DNA of 64,000 nucleotides from Octopus vulgaris (lineage: Eukaryota), in NCBI GenBank assembly GCA_951406725.2, contig OX597831.1:29512001-29576000 (forward strand). Direction: 5' to 3'. The first letter of the stretch is position 1, and each line of letters opens with the position of its first letter. The notes beneath the pieces were generated by a model. That model searched no databases. It saw only the letters and a program-made list of their open reading frames with translations, and was not told the DNA's origin. Positions 12,927 to 26,490 of this stretch are shown here, piece after piece. A program made the translations under genes and the position numbers.

Positions 12927-13609
12927 TATGTATGTATGTATGTATGTATGTATGTATGTATGTATGTATGTATGTATGTATGTATGCGTGTGCGAATGTG
13001 TATGCATGTATGTATGTATGTATGTATGTATGTATGTATGTATGTATGTATGTATGTATGCGCATATATGTATGTTTGAGAGTGTATGTTCTATTTAGAG
13101 TGAGTGTATGAGGTATATATATATGTATGTCCTGTTAATGTTAGTGTGTATGTGTGTGTATTCTTTAAGTGTATGTGTGTGAGCTGGTATATGTGTATGT
13201 ATGTGTTTATATATAAGAGTGCATGTGTGTACATGTGAGTTTATGTATATATATGTTTGTGTGCTTGCATATGATTGTAAGTGTGCCTGTGTGTACGTAA
13301 GTGTGCGTGTGTGTGCGTCTAAAAAGAATGAGTCTAGCCTTTCAAGGAATTCATATCTCAATATTCCGATCTTATTTCAGATTGTTTTTATTGGACTTTT
13401 CTAAAGAATTCGATCTATTTTCAATATCCTTTCTTTTTTTTAATTTTATTTTCCCTTGTTTTAGTTTCAAGTTTGACCTATTTTTCTCCAGGTGTCAAAC
13501 GTTTTTTTCCTTTTTCAGTTCTGTTTTCCATGCTTTTTTTCTATATTTCCATAAAATGATAAATAAATCATCATCGTCATCATCACAATTATCATCATCA
13601 TCATTATCA

Positions 13610-13678
<69 letters not shown>

Positions 13679-13679
<1 letters not shown>

Positions 13680-14090
13680 GGCGGCGTGTTGGCAAACTAG
13701 TTAGCACGCCGGGCTAAATACTTAGCGGTATTTCGTCTGTCGCTGCGTTCTGAGTTCAAATTCCGCCGAGGTCGACTTTGCCTTTCATCCTTTCGGGGTC
13801 GATTAAATAAGTACCAGTTACGCACTGGGGTCGATGTAATCGACTTGATCCCTTTGTCTGTCCTTGTTTGTCCCCTCTGTGTTTAGCCCCTTGTGGGTAG
13901 TAAAGAAATAGGTATTTCGTCTGCCGTTACGTTCTGAGTTCAAATTCCGCCGAGGTTGACTTTGCCTTTCATCCTTTCGGGGTCGATAAATAAAGTACCA
14001 GTTGAACTCTGGGGCCGATGTAATCGACACATCCACACCCCCAAAATGTAATCGACACATCCCTATTGCTGTGGAAAAATTTGAAACCAA

Positions 14091-14138
<48 letters not shown>

Positions 14139-14800
14139 CATTATTATTAAGGCGGCGAGCTGGGAGAGTCGTTAGCACGCCAGACAAAATGCTTAGCGGC
14201 ATTTCGTCCCTCTGCACGCTCTCAGTTCAAATTCTGCCGAGGTTGACTTTGCCTTTCATACTTTCGGGGTCGATAACTTAAGTACCAGTGAAACACTGGG
14301 GGGTCGATGTAATCGACTAGTCCCCTCCCCGCAAATTTCAGACCTTGGATTATTATTATTATTATTAAAACAGTGAACTGGCAGTATCGTTTATCAGTCG
14401 GATAAAATCCTTAGCAGTGTTTATTCCGGCTCTTAACGTTGTGAGTTCAAAATTCAGCAGAGGTCGAATTTGCCTGACATACTTTCGGGTTCGAAAAAAT
14501 TAAATATCAATCAATAACAGGATTTGTCTACTCCTAACCTTAAAAGTTGTGGCCTTGTACCAAAATTTGATGGAATTGTTGTCTTTAAGGCGGCGAGCCT
14601 TAAAGGCAGAATCAATGGCGCATCGACCAAAATACTTTGCTGTATTTCCTCCAGTTTTTTAGTTTCTGAGCTAAATACCACTGAAATCCACTTGTCATTT
14701 CGAGTTGCTAAAATATAATACCAGTCAACAACTGAAATTGACGTTATCTATTGATCCCCGCGACCCTTAAAATTTTTAGCCTTATTTCAAAATCACAAAG
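13679..14800 (+). mobile_element. Head-to-tail stack of five SINE B units
   Basis: Units start at ~13679, 13911, 14149, 14365 and 14588, some separated by (ATT)n. Confidence 0.85.
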
Positions 14801-15171
14801 AATTAATACTTGTATTTTCAATTGTATTTTTCCACTCAGTGATCACACTGTATTTCTACTTACTATTTTCCGGTTTTTCTCAAATCGGCAAACACGGTGA
14901 TAGTCTCGTAGTGTTCTTAACCAGGTGCACAAGTGCTTTCAACTTATCTCTTAGTAGCGATAACCGGCTGGCAGGAAAGAAAGCAAGGGGACTTTCGCGT
15001 CCTACGTAAATTCTCCCTTCATCTTCCCCCTCCCCCTCTCTCTCTCTCTTTGCCGAATTATAATAAAATCAATTTAACATTAACCGGAAGCATTGCTCAA
15101 TACTTTTTAATGGACATATTATTAATTATAACTCTACAAGAAGAGGGAAAATACGGTCTACTAGCCGTCGT

Positions 15172-15228
<57 letters not shown>

Positions 15229-15243
15229 GAAAGTGGAGGCACA

Positions 15244-15365
15244 TGGCCTAGGGGACGTAGACTCACCGGCATCGGTGGTCAAGCGATGTTGGGTTTGGGG
15301 ACAAACACAGACACACAAACATACACACACACATATATACATAAATACATACATATGTATGTGTG

Positions 15366-15409
<44 letters not shown>

Positions 15410-15576
15410 TATACATATATATACGACGGGCTTCTTTCAACTTTCGTCTACCAAATCCACTCACAAGGCTTTAGTCGGGTCGAGGCTGTAAGTAGAAGGC
15501 ACTTGCCCAAGGTGCCACGCAGTGGGACTGAACCCAGAACCATGTGGTTGGTAAGCAAGCTACTTACCACACAGCC
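15244..15576 (-). mobile_element. SINE A, partial
   Basis: Homology to 760-1187. Confidence 0.85.
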
Positions 15577-16089
15577 GTTCCAATATCTATATTTAGCTTG
15601 TAACACTAAAAACAGTGCTGTTGGCTTTATTTGATAATTTATCGCCAACATTTGTCTAACTTGGAGATTAGGTTACCTTTACTGCTGTGTAATTAATTTA
15701 AACGATTTTCGATTAAAAGACTAATAATAATAACAACAACAACAATAATAATAACAATGATGATGGATGATGCTGATGATGATGATGATTGATGATGATG
15801 ACGACGACGACGATGATGATGATATAAAAATTACAAAACAAAAACGAGCATGTTAAATCTGGTTTTGATTTTCACCCCACCCCCACCCCACCCCGGTTTT
15901 CTTTGACATTCCAAACCAAAATAAACATACAAATAAATAAATAAAATAATCGAAAATAAATTGAATTTTTTTTTTCCACTTTTTCAAAAAAAAATGTTGA
16001 TGAATTTATATTCAATCAGCTGCGTTTTTTAAATTCTACTTACTACTACTACTACTACTGCTGCTGCTACTACTACTACTACTACTGCA

Positions 16090-16146
<57 letters not shown>

Positions 16147-16149
16147 GCA

Positions 16150-16199
<50 letters not shown>

Positions 16200-16538
16200 C
16201 ACAACCACCGCCGCTACAGCTACTACTTTTATCGACACCAATTCATGACTGATACTTTGTATTTTTATTTTTATTATTAATTTCTGAAAGACATAACTCA
16301 GAGTGTTAATGAACGCAACTAATTAACCTGAGGAAGATATTGTCCACTTCTCCCCACCGCACTCCACCCCATCCTATACCGAAACTGACATCCATTTCTC
16401 TCCTGTTAATAATGTAGCTTCAGCACCAGCTTCCCGAACATCAATGATCCGGAACTTCCAATAATCAGTATTTCTTTACGAGCAAACCCTTCAAATTGGT
16501 CTCGGCTTAGTTTACTGGCGTCTTGCACATACTAGTGC

Positions 16539-16642
16539 CTATTTCTTTACTACCCACAAGGGGCTAAACACAGAGGGGACAAACAAGGACAGACAAACGG
16601 ATTAAGTCGAATAAATCGACCCCAGTGTGTAACTGGTACTTA
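16539..16642 (-). mobile_element. 5'-truncated SINE B (tail only)
   Basis: Homology to SINE B 3' end. Confidence 0.85.
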
Positions 16643-16954
16643 TTTTAGAAGGAGAATTTTCCTTGTGTTGTATGTCCTGTACTCTATTTTTTCGTTTAAG
16701 AAAAATGTCCATTTCCTTGGTTTTGTGTTTATTTTATCGTTTGTCATTGTGTTCGACGTTTTTGGGTGTCCTGTACCCATATATGCATGTATATATACAT
16801 GGAGAGGTAGGTACGTACATATATGTATGTATATATGCATATGTTTTATTTATTAATTTGTTATATATATATATACTGTTCTCGGTCTGTTAACGGCTAA
16901 GCGTTTCAGGCGAGTTTACTGGCATTGATGTAGCAACAATTGAAATATTGTCCA

Positions 16955-17037
16955 GGTAAATCCAGCTGATGAAGACTAATCAAATTTGCGATGACAAACG
17001 TATTTGAAGAGTCCGAAACCTAGGTACCGGGTTATCC
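16955..17037 (+). ncRNA. Type-I hammerhead ribozyme motif
   Basis: CUGAUGA at 16966, helix II GACU/AGUC with an extended stem, GAAA, palindromic ACCUAGGU, GUA triplet, helix I AAUCCAG/CCGGGUU. Confidence 0.75.
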
Positions 17038-17902
17038 GATTCTGGGTTGTCCATTTATATAATGTTCTTCCTAGAGATAAGACAATTTTTTTTTTATGTT
17101 TGGTGGCTCCCCTCACACGTCTTTGCCAGTATATACACACTGAAGCTTTACTATAGCGTCATAAATGTATCGACTGCTATTTCCAGTAAACACTGGTGCT
17201 TTGTCGTACCACTATATATATATATAAACGTATGTGTATAAGAAATTCAGGTGTAAAATAAAATCTGACTCCATGAATTCTACCTACCCCATGTAGAAAT
17301 GGCAAATTGTACGTTAAAACGATGATTATGTGTATGTGTGTGTACATATACATACGTGTGTATATAAACACATATACATATATGTATATATATATATATA
17401 TATAAGCTGTATTCAATCAATCTTCTACAACGTTATATATTGTAATTTATACATATGTGTGTGTGCGTATGTGTGTGTTTATGCGTGTGTATATGTGTGC
17501 GTGTGTGTATGTGTGTGGGTGTGTGTGTGTGTATTTTTGCTGAAGGGTGAACATTTAGCTCAGAGCGAGACTGTAAATAACGGCTTTCTTGACAGCATAC
17601 TTCACTTGGCTATTTCAAAACTTTCGTTGTAAAAATTTAATTTCTAAATTGTTTTGGGGGAAATATTGCTAAGACGATCTTCATTAATTGAAATATTTAT
17701 GGCTGTTTTAATTTACTTATTACTGTCTACAATGTTGCTTTATATTTTCTGTAAACAAGACTCCTACTCCAAGACAGCTTATGTTAAATTCTAAAATTGC
17801 TTTAGAACGAAATTAGAAATGTTTCTCGCTTAGAATTAATTTAAAGCATATAAACCCGTAGGTGGAATGTTTATGTTGCGTAACATTGGTTTGTCGTTTA
17901 CT

Positions 17903-17985
<83 letters not shown>

Positions 17986-18051
17986 AGATATACATATATA
18001 TGCTTATATACATATACATAGATATACATACATATACGCATATATATATAA

Positions 18052-18261
18052 ACTCTTTACTCTCTTTACTCTTTTATTTATTTCAGTCATTTGACTGTGG
18101 CCATGCTGGAGCACCGCCTTTAGTCGAATCAAATTAACCCCAGGATTTATTCTTTGTAAGCCTAGTGCTTATTCTATCGGTCTCCATTGCCGAACCGCTA
18201 AGTTTCGGGGACATAAACATACCACCATCGGTTGTTAAGCGATGTTGGGGCGACAAACACA

Positions 18262-18335
<74 letters not shown>

Positions 18336-18453
18336 GAGAGTAATGAGTTTCTCACTGCAAAGCCAACGCCATGCTGACGAGGTTCTTCTGGATCGCTTTG
18401 AGCTTGCTGTTTGAGGAAAGTCTTGTCTCCTGTAGCCCAGCAATGGATGCCAA

Positions 18454-18495
<42 letters not shown>

Positions 18496-18617
18496 TACGA
18501 CGGGCTTCTTTCAGTTTCCGTCTACCAAATCTACTCACACTTGCCCAAGATGCCACGCAGTAGGACTGAACCCGGAACCATGTGGTTGGTAAGCAAGCTT
18601 CTTGCCACACAGCCACT
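18052..18617 (-). mobile_element. SINE A
   Basis: Near-full copy with a captured fragment inside its (TA)n. Confidence 0.88.
18332..18457 (-). mobile_element. RTE APE-endonuclease fragment
   Basis: EEPRQHGVGFAVRNSLLSS, a typical RTE endonuclease segment. Confidence 0.75.
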
Positions 18618-18726
18618 CGTTGGTACATCACGCATACGAAAATCTGTTCCAAACTTTTGGCTATAACCGTATGTGTGTATATTATATATATTTTATATAT
18701 ATATATATGTATTTTCAAAATGTAAC

Positions 18727-18860
18727 CACGTGTATATCGTTGGCAATTTTCTTCCCCCGTCTTCACTTCCTTTGGACTTACCTCTGTTTCTGAAGAAGAA
18801 CAAGGCCCGAAACGTTAAATCCTCTTTCCTTCCTTTCCTGATCGTCCGATAATACTGTCT
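18727..18860 (+). mobile_element. Penelope-type pLTR fragment with decayed hammerhead (18786-18820)
   Basis: UUU CUGAAGA A ... GAAACGUU AAA; homologous to 42380-42606. Confidence 0.65.
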
Positions 18861-19126
18861 TACAGGACAAATAACACAAGGAAGCGCGCGCGTGCGTAAA
18901 GCCTATAGAATGCCCAGCTTCGTATATAGGACTCTGGGTATTATTTTGAAACATATTTTGGAGGCCAGGTACTACGCCCTATACGCCAGCAAATACACAT
19001 ATTACACACAAACACACACACACACACAGACACACATGCATATATGTACGTATGCATCATTATTTAACCATATGAATAAATACATACATATACAATCAGA
19101 TATATATGAGAGATAGATAGACAGAC

Positions 19127-19193
<67 letters not shown>

Positions 19194-19230
19194 CAGAAGG
19201 ATAGATAGATAGATAGATAGATAGACAGAC

Positions 19231-19308
<78 letters not shown>

Positions 19309-20301
19309 GTGCATAATACATTGATAAATATATACAATTGTTTTTCATACTGAACATAAATTAAATGACACATTACGAGATCGAACCTACAATTGCTCCC
19401 TTATTAGACTTCTCTCCCCTCCACCAAAACTGTACCCCTTCTTCCTTGTACCTTTCATTTCAGACAAAATCTATTTACTATGTTCATAGACACCATTAAT
19501 TAATACATATTCCCTATGGTGTGTTACATAATTTTCATCTTACACAATACATAATATCATTTATACATACGACGTCTTTTAATACAGTCGTGTTATGACA
19601 ATGTTCCCTGTGTCATAATAATGTTCGACATAACCACCACCCCTCTTTTTTTTGTACCCTTTTTTGCTCCACAATACTTCGATTACCCACTGGAATTTAA
19701 GTAATTTTCTCGTTGTCTCCTGCAGACACAATCGCGCACAAACACACAAAAAGCAGACACACAGACACACGCAAACAAACAAACAAACACACTGATGCTC
19801 AGCTCAAACACATACATTCACTCATTCATAAACGTACACAGCATTATAAATCAGACGAAGAACGAGCGATGATAATAAATATGCTAAATTTATGCATGAC
19901 ATCAGCAATTATCATGCGGGCATTGTTGAGACGTAATCTATAACATCTCCGCTATGAATAAGATTAATCCGGCCGTCAGATGTAATTTTGTGGAGATATG
20001 TAAATACAGCCTTTGTGATGTGAAACTCGAGGCACACAGCTTTACACATATTCATTACGTTAGCAGACCGTTGAGATTAAACATAATTCAATGAATTAAG
20101 ATTATTTCGTTTCTTCGTCTTCTGGTTTATCATATTTATGGTTATTACCGCTTTTGTTTGTTTTTATCTTTTTTCTCTCTCCCTGTTTCTTTTTTTTTTC
20201 GTTTTGCTTGTTTGTTTGTTGTTTTCCTTCGCCCAGCTTCTTATGTTTGCAAACCCAGCGACAACAGTTCGGTCACACTATAATGAATGTATTCATGTAT
20301 G

Positions 20302-20377
<76 letters not shown>

Positions 20378-20579
20378 CAGCAAACAATGTTTTCTAAAGA
20401 GTACGGGGATTGTAACTTAATACCGAATGCTATTTTCTACACGTTGCTCTAACCATCCCGACGAATCCGCCGAAAGACAGATAACAACAATAACAACAAC
20501 AACAATAATGATGATGATAAAGATGACTATGATGTTTTTTTTATTGCCACAAGAAGTCTTTGAATAATAATAATAATAA

Positions 20580-20628
<49 letters not shown>

Positions 20629-20853
20629 TACCAGACAGTGGCTCCCATGACTGCTGATCTTAACTTATTGGAAGTGTTATCATGTACATTGTTTGGTCTT
20701 GGTATAAAAGATGGGCTACGACAGATTTCTTTCAGTTTCCGTCAACCAAATCCACTCACAATGCTTTGACCGGATGAACGCGGAACCATGTGGTTGGTAA
20801 GCAAGCTTCTTCCCACAGAGCCACTCCTGCGCCTATAATAATAATACTAATAC

Positions 20854-20909
<56 letters not shown>

Positions 20910-20912
<3 letters not shown>

Positions 20913-21465
20913 GCCCTGATGCAGTACCAGGCAGTGGCTCTCATGGCTTCTGATCTTAACTGATTGGAAGTGTTATCATTTACATTGTTTTGTCTTGGTA
21001 TAAAAGAAGGGCTACAGCAAATATTCTGTCAATACCACAGATATGCTTGTCAGTTGTTTGACCTTAACCAGTTGAGCATGTCCCTTAGTGGCTGACGATA
21101 TGTGCATCTCTGATCACGAGCAGAAGTAGTTGGGGAGCATCATAGCCATGTGTTGAAAGGAATTCTTAGAAGTTTGGATAATTCACCTTTGGAAACATGG
21201 GTGGTTCGTTCAACATCCCTAAACAATCTTTATTCAGGGGCCTTTTGAGCGGGATGGGTTACTCGACCAGAAGAAAATTGTAACTGGGCCCCACCTGCAA
21301 GGTCATGCGCTGTTTATCTTGATATGAGATCACCATGTCGAGCACATATGGTTGTGATGCATGTGTCTGGTGTACCCTTATCAGACGGGTAGTCATGATG
21401 GGTATACTAGGCTTCGTATATTTTACCCCAGTGTCACTTTGATGGCTTGCACTTCTCTCTCACTC
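20910..21465. mobile_element. Family C: ~550-bp element with fixed ends inside (AAT)n
   Basis: Ends AATGCCCTGATGCAG and GCTCTCTCACTC-like; seven copies in the window (a partial one at 20627-20717). Confidence 0.85.
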
Positions 21466-21504
21466 AATAATAATAATAATATTAATAATAATAATAATAA
21501 TAAT

Positions 21505-21710
21505 AATCCTTTTTGCTGGAAGCACAAGGCCTCAAATTTGGTGGGGAGGAGACTAGTCGATTACATCGACCCCAGTGTTTCACTGGTACTTAATTTATCG
21601 ACCCCGAAAGGATGAAAGACAAAATCAACCCCAGCAGGATTTGAACTCAGAGCGTTAAGACAGAGGAAATGCCGCTAAGCACTTTGTCTGACGTGCTAAC
21701 GATACTGCCT
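21505..21710 (-). mobile_element. SINE B, older subfamily
   Basis: Homology. Confidence 0.8.
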
Positions 21711-22155
21711 TAATTTTTTTTGCCACAAAGGTTTGGAATTACAAAAATGATCTGTGAAGCAATCAGGGTTAGGGGCTACATTGACTGAAGAAAAAATAGC
21801 CAAATTATACATATATCGTAATGAAATTACAGATTCGAGGTGTATGTATATATGTACGTATGTATGTATGTATGTATGTATGTATGTATGTATGTATGTA
21901 TGTATGTATGTATGTATGTATGTATGTATGTATGTATGTATGTGCAGTTAGAAAATCTGTATAAGAGATGAAAGCAGTAACTAAATTGTGAATTAAATGT
22001 TTATTGCTCCTTAAACATGGCTGTTTCATAGGAACCGACGTTGCTGCTATTTTTAACCTCAGGAGGACGCCATATCCAGATGGTTATTCGATGCAATCTG
22101 CATCCGAAATATATTGCAAGCAGGGGAGTGAACCCCTACCATCAACCAATCACGT

Positions 22156-22271
<116 letters not shown>

Positions 22272-22557
22272 ATACGCACGCATAATACACACATACACGC
22301 ATATATCTACATATATAAAGGCTTAGTGAGGAGTTTCACTTTACGACCAACCAGATAGTCTGGAGTTCGGTACCACTGGGGGTATTTTGGGAAAGTGCTT
22401 TCGACTGAAGCTTCAGACTGTTAATACCTTGTTAATGAATTTAGGAGACGGGGTTTGTATGAAAGCCCTTCGTAAATGTGTGTGCCAGCGTATTTGTGTA
22501 CTTGTGTTTTGTCGTTTTCTGTCCCGTAAGTTAACGATTCGACACATTGATATCAAA

Positions 22558-22972
22558 AAGGCGGTGAGCTGGCAGAAACGTTAGTACGCCAGGCGAAATG
22601 CTTAACGGTATTTCGTCTACCGTTACGTTGTGAGTTCAAATTCCGCCGAGGTTGACTCTGCCTTTCATCCTTTCGGGGTCGATAAAATAAGTACCAGTTA
22701 CGCACTGGGGTCGATGTAATCGACTTAATACCTATGTCTGTCCTTGTTTGTCCCCTCTATGTTTAGCCCCTTGTGGGTAATAAAGAAATAGGTATTTCGT
22801 CTGCCGTTACGTTCTGAGCTCAAATTCCGCTGAGGTCGACTTTGCCTTTCATCCTTTCGGGGTCGATTAAATAAGTACCCGTTACGCACTGGGGTCGATA
22901 TAATCGACTTAATCCGTTTGTCTGTCCTTGTTTGTTCCCTCTGTGTGTAGCCCCTTGTGGGCAATAAAGAAT
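22558..22972 (+). mobile_element. SINE B dimer
   Basis: Junction GAAATA|GGTATTTCG at 22790/22791; TSD GATATCAA. Confidence 0.9.
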
Positions 22973-23169
22973 TAGATATCAATAAACTAAGCGCCAAACT
23001 GAAAGTATTTACAGGGTTGTTACGATTGACTAAAGCCCTTGACGGTGCTTACCCAATGCCCACTTACCCTAAATTGAAAACACTTAAAATACACGCGCGC
23101 GCATACAGACATACACACACGCACATATAGTGATAAAATGTTGACAATCCACCACCACGTGGCAATTAG

Positions 23170-23930
23170 GGTGCCATCTTAATCCCTACCATACATTTGG
23201 CTTGTACTTTGGGTGGCAAGACATCTCTGAGTAACATGGTTTTGAGCACAGTCACCCGCATCTTACCAGGTGATGCTAAATTGTTTCGGATCCTTTTTGA
23301 AGATAACTCGCCAAGTTTTTTCTTCTTGTGTTTCCCTCTTTTATTTCGTCCCTTTGGTGGTACCCATTGTATCATTATATATCTGTCTTGGGTATTCGTT
23401 CTTCTGACAGTCGGAAAAACTGACCTACAGTTCTCACTCTTCTTTCCGCTCCAATCTCCCGCAGGCTGCGTTCGAAAATTAGTTCTTCACAGGACTTCAG
23501 AGTTTGTAATTCTATCCCTGTGGGTGATACTGAATATTCTACATAGATACTATTGATAGAATGCGTTCATCCTCTGGATGATTTTGGCAGTCATTTTTCA
23601 CATGTCTCGTACTGAGACTGATGATTGGTAGACAATTCTCTGGGACAGTAGGATCTTCATTCGGTTCTTAATCGAAGTGCTGGCCAAGAACTTACTTATT
23701 CCTCTGAAAACTTCTCCACGCCCGATTCTGAAGTTGACATCTGTTTTATTGTCCACCTCAGTAGCAATAATGCTGCCCAAGTAGTTGAAGTTGGTGACGT
23801 CTTTAAAGGGTTTTTGATTCACAAAGAATCTGGGTCTTTTTTTGCCAATTGGCCTTGGTTTTCTTTGAAGGTAAGACAAGTACCGTATTTTCTGACATAA
23901 ATGTCGATGTATTTATATAGCGTAAAGATG
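23170..23930 (-). mobile_element. RTE-clade LINE RT/C-terminal remnant
   Basis: VTNFNYLGSII...DVNFRIG; further on DRITNSEVL and WVPPKGRNKRG. Confidence 0.85.
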
Positions 23931-24007
23931 TAGTGTTAACATTTAAGCATTGTCGTTATCTTTCCAAGTCCCGCAGCATTTCACCGGGTATTTTTGGTCT
24001 TCCAAAA

Positions 24008-24031
24008 TAAGAAAAAAAAGGAAGGAAGAAA

Positions 24032-24091
<60 letters not shown>

Positions 24092-24388
24092 AGGAACGAA
24101 AGAAAGAAGGGAAAGAAGGAACGAAAGAAGAAAGAAGGGAAGGAGGAAGACAGAAAGAAAGAAAGAAAGAATGACAGAAAGAAACAGAGAAAGAATAGAG
24201 AAAGGAAGGAAGAAACAGGGACAGAAGGAAACAGAAGAAAGAAAGAAAGGAACGAAAGAAGGAAGGAAGAAATAGAAAGAAATAGAGAAAGAAGGAGAGA
24301 AACAGAAAGAAAGAAAGAAAGAAAACAGGCAGAAAGAAAAAGAAAGCGAGAGAAGAAGAAAGAAAGAAACAAACAAACAAAGGAAAGG
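24008..24388. repeat. Polypurine (GAAA)n-type tract
   Basis: Direct reading. Confidence 0.92.
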
Positions 24389-24819
24389 GATTAAGTCATT
24401 AAGTCGTCTTAGCAGCGTATAAGTCGACCCACTGGTTTTGGCCGTAAATTCATGTTGTATACCGAACAGTACGTTCCTCTTTGATATGAAATTCAAAGAG
24501 ATGGCATCCAGCTTTAGCATCATCACTTATTCTCCGACCCAATTACATTCTGAATGGCACAATTACCAAAGTAGTGATTGCCGAGCATTTTATTTATCTA
24601 TATTATTATTTTTTATGGCTTGCAGTGCACTTTAGAAAAAATATATTTTGTCACAATTCCGGCTTAATAAAGACAAAGGAACGTATTTCAAAAAGGTTTT
24701 ATTTCAAGTTATGAATATTCATAAATCATAGAAACTGTAGAAATTTAGGAAGAATTGAGTTCTTTGTTCGAATAAACGAGGAAGAACTATTAAATTATCA
24801 AATTCTTGCACGCACATGT

Positions 24820-25020
24820 CTACTCTTTTACACTTTTACTTGTTCCAGTCATTTGACTGCGGCCATGCTGGAGCACCGCCTTTAGTGGAGCAAATCGCTC
24901 CCAGGAGTTATTCTTTGTAAGCCTGGTACTTATTCTATTAGTCTCTTTTGCTGAACCGGTAAGATACGGGGACGTAAACACACCAGCATCGGTTATCAAG
25001 TGATGTTCGGGGTGGGACAA

Positions 25021-25117
<97 letters not shown>

Positions 25118-25285
25118 TATAGGACGCGCTTCTTTCAGTTTCCGTCTACCAAATAAACTCACAAGGCTTTGGTTGGCCCGAGGCTATAGTAGAAGACACT
25201 TGCTCAAGGTGCCACGCACTGGGACTGAATCCGGAACCATGTGGTTTGTAAGCAAGCTACTTACCACGCAGCCACTCCTACGCCT
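24820..25285 (-). mobile_element. SINE A, full length
   Basis: Homology. Confidence 0.9.
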
Positions 25286-25624
25286 ACGTCTATCTTGAAT
25301 TTTTTATTTGTCTCACTCAGTGGACTGGGTTCATGGTGGAGCATTGCCTCGAAGGCTTTTAGTCGGACAAATTGGTCCCAGTACTAAATTTTAAAGCCTG
25401 GTAGTTATTTTATCGGTCTCTTTTTACCGAATCGCTAGTTAACGGGGATATAAACAAACTAACACCAGTTGTCGAACGGTGATGTGGACAAACTCACATA
25501 CATGTACATACATCCATACAATCGTTCACACACACATACACACATATGAATAATTTATATTGTATTTAAAAATAAATAAATTACATGTCTGCACTATAGG
25601 TAGTGGGTAGCGATTTTCTTCACT

Positions 25625-25930
25625 ACTTCAGTGAGTGACGACCCTGCCTGACACGAGTCCCAGGCCAGCTGACTCCGGCTGAGAGTACTGGCATGGGCTC
25701 CTATCCAGGGTTATGGAAAGGAGACAACCTTCAAAGAAATCCGGAGTGGAGCCCCGTTATCGGTTTAATGTTCGATTCGACACTCTTCCGGCAGCTCCTG
25801 CAACCAAGCTGGTGCCAAACGTAATGCTCTGCACTCCTTTGGACTACGCCAGCAAGGTCGAGAGAAGAATCCTGACGATTGGGCTACCAAGGATTTTCTT
25901 ACATCCATCCCAGGCTTGCGCAAAACTGGA
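25625..25930 (+). mobile_element. Probable RTE-type LINE 5' region remnant
   Basis: GC-richer block with CCGGCAGCTCCTGCAACCAAGCTGGTGCCAAAC, resembling RTE leaders from memory; not verified. Confidence 0.4.
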
Positions 25931-26359
25931 GAGGACATTTCAGTGCTGCTGTGACACAACACAATTGCCTTATTATACCTGCTCAGTCATTTTCTATCCC
26001 TAAACCACTTGACCAGCACCTATACATTGACAGGCAACGAAGAAGCTTGTTTTTAGCCTTTCGTAGTAAGCATAGTTGACCCCAACCTGAGCCACCTCCC
26101 CAACACACACAACAAAAGAATTATTGCGATACAGAATTGTAAAGTTGCCAGGTAGTACAAATGTTTTTAGTGATGTGTTGTATTTCCGCATTATTTCTCA
26201 CTAAACACTAATCATGTAGCCTCGGTTCATTTATAATTACCCTTAAGTATTCGCCGACTTTTTTTTTTAAATGCGCGTCATACTTCAATTAAAATGGGTT
26301 TAGGAGCACTAATTTGAGTTCATAAGACTCGTATCAGCACATATCTATATATAGATATG

Positions 26360-26418
<59 letters not shown>

Positions 26419-26419
26419 T

Positions 26420-26490
<71 letters not shown>

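Noticed and set aside
14933-15634. 233-aa ORF
   Set aside because: Non-ATG start; runs through (TA)n and an antisense SINE A
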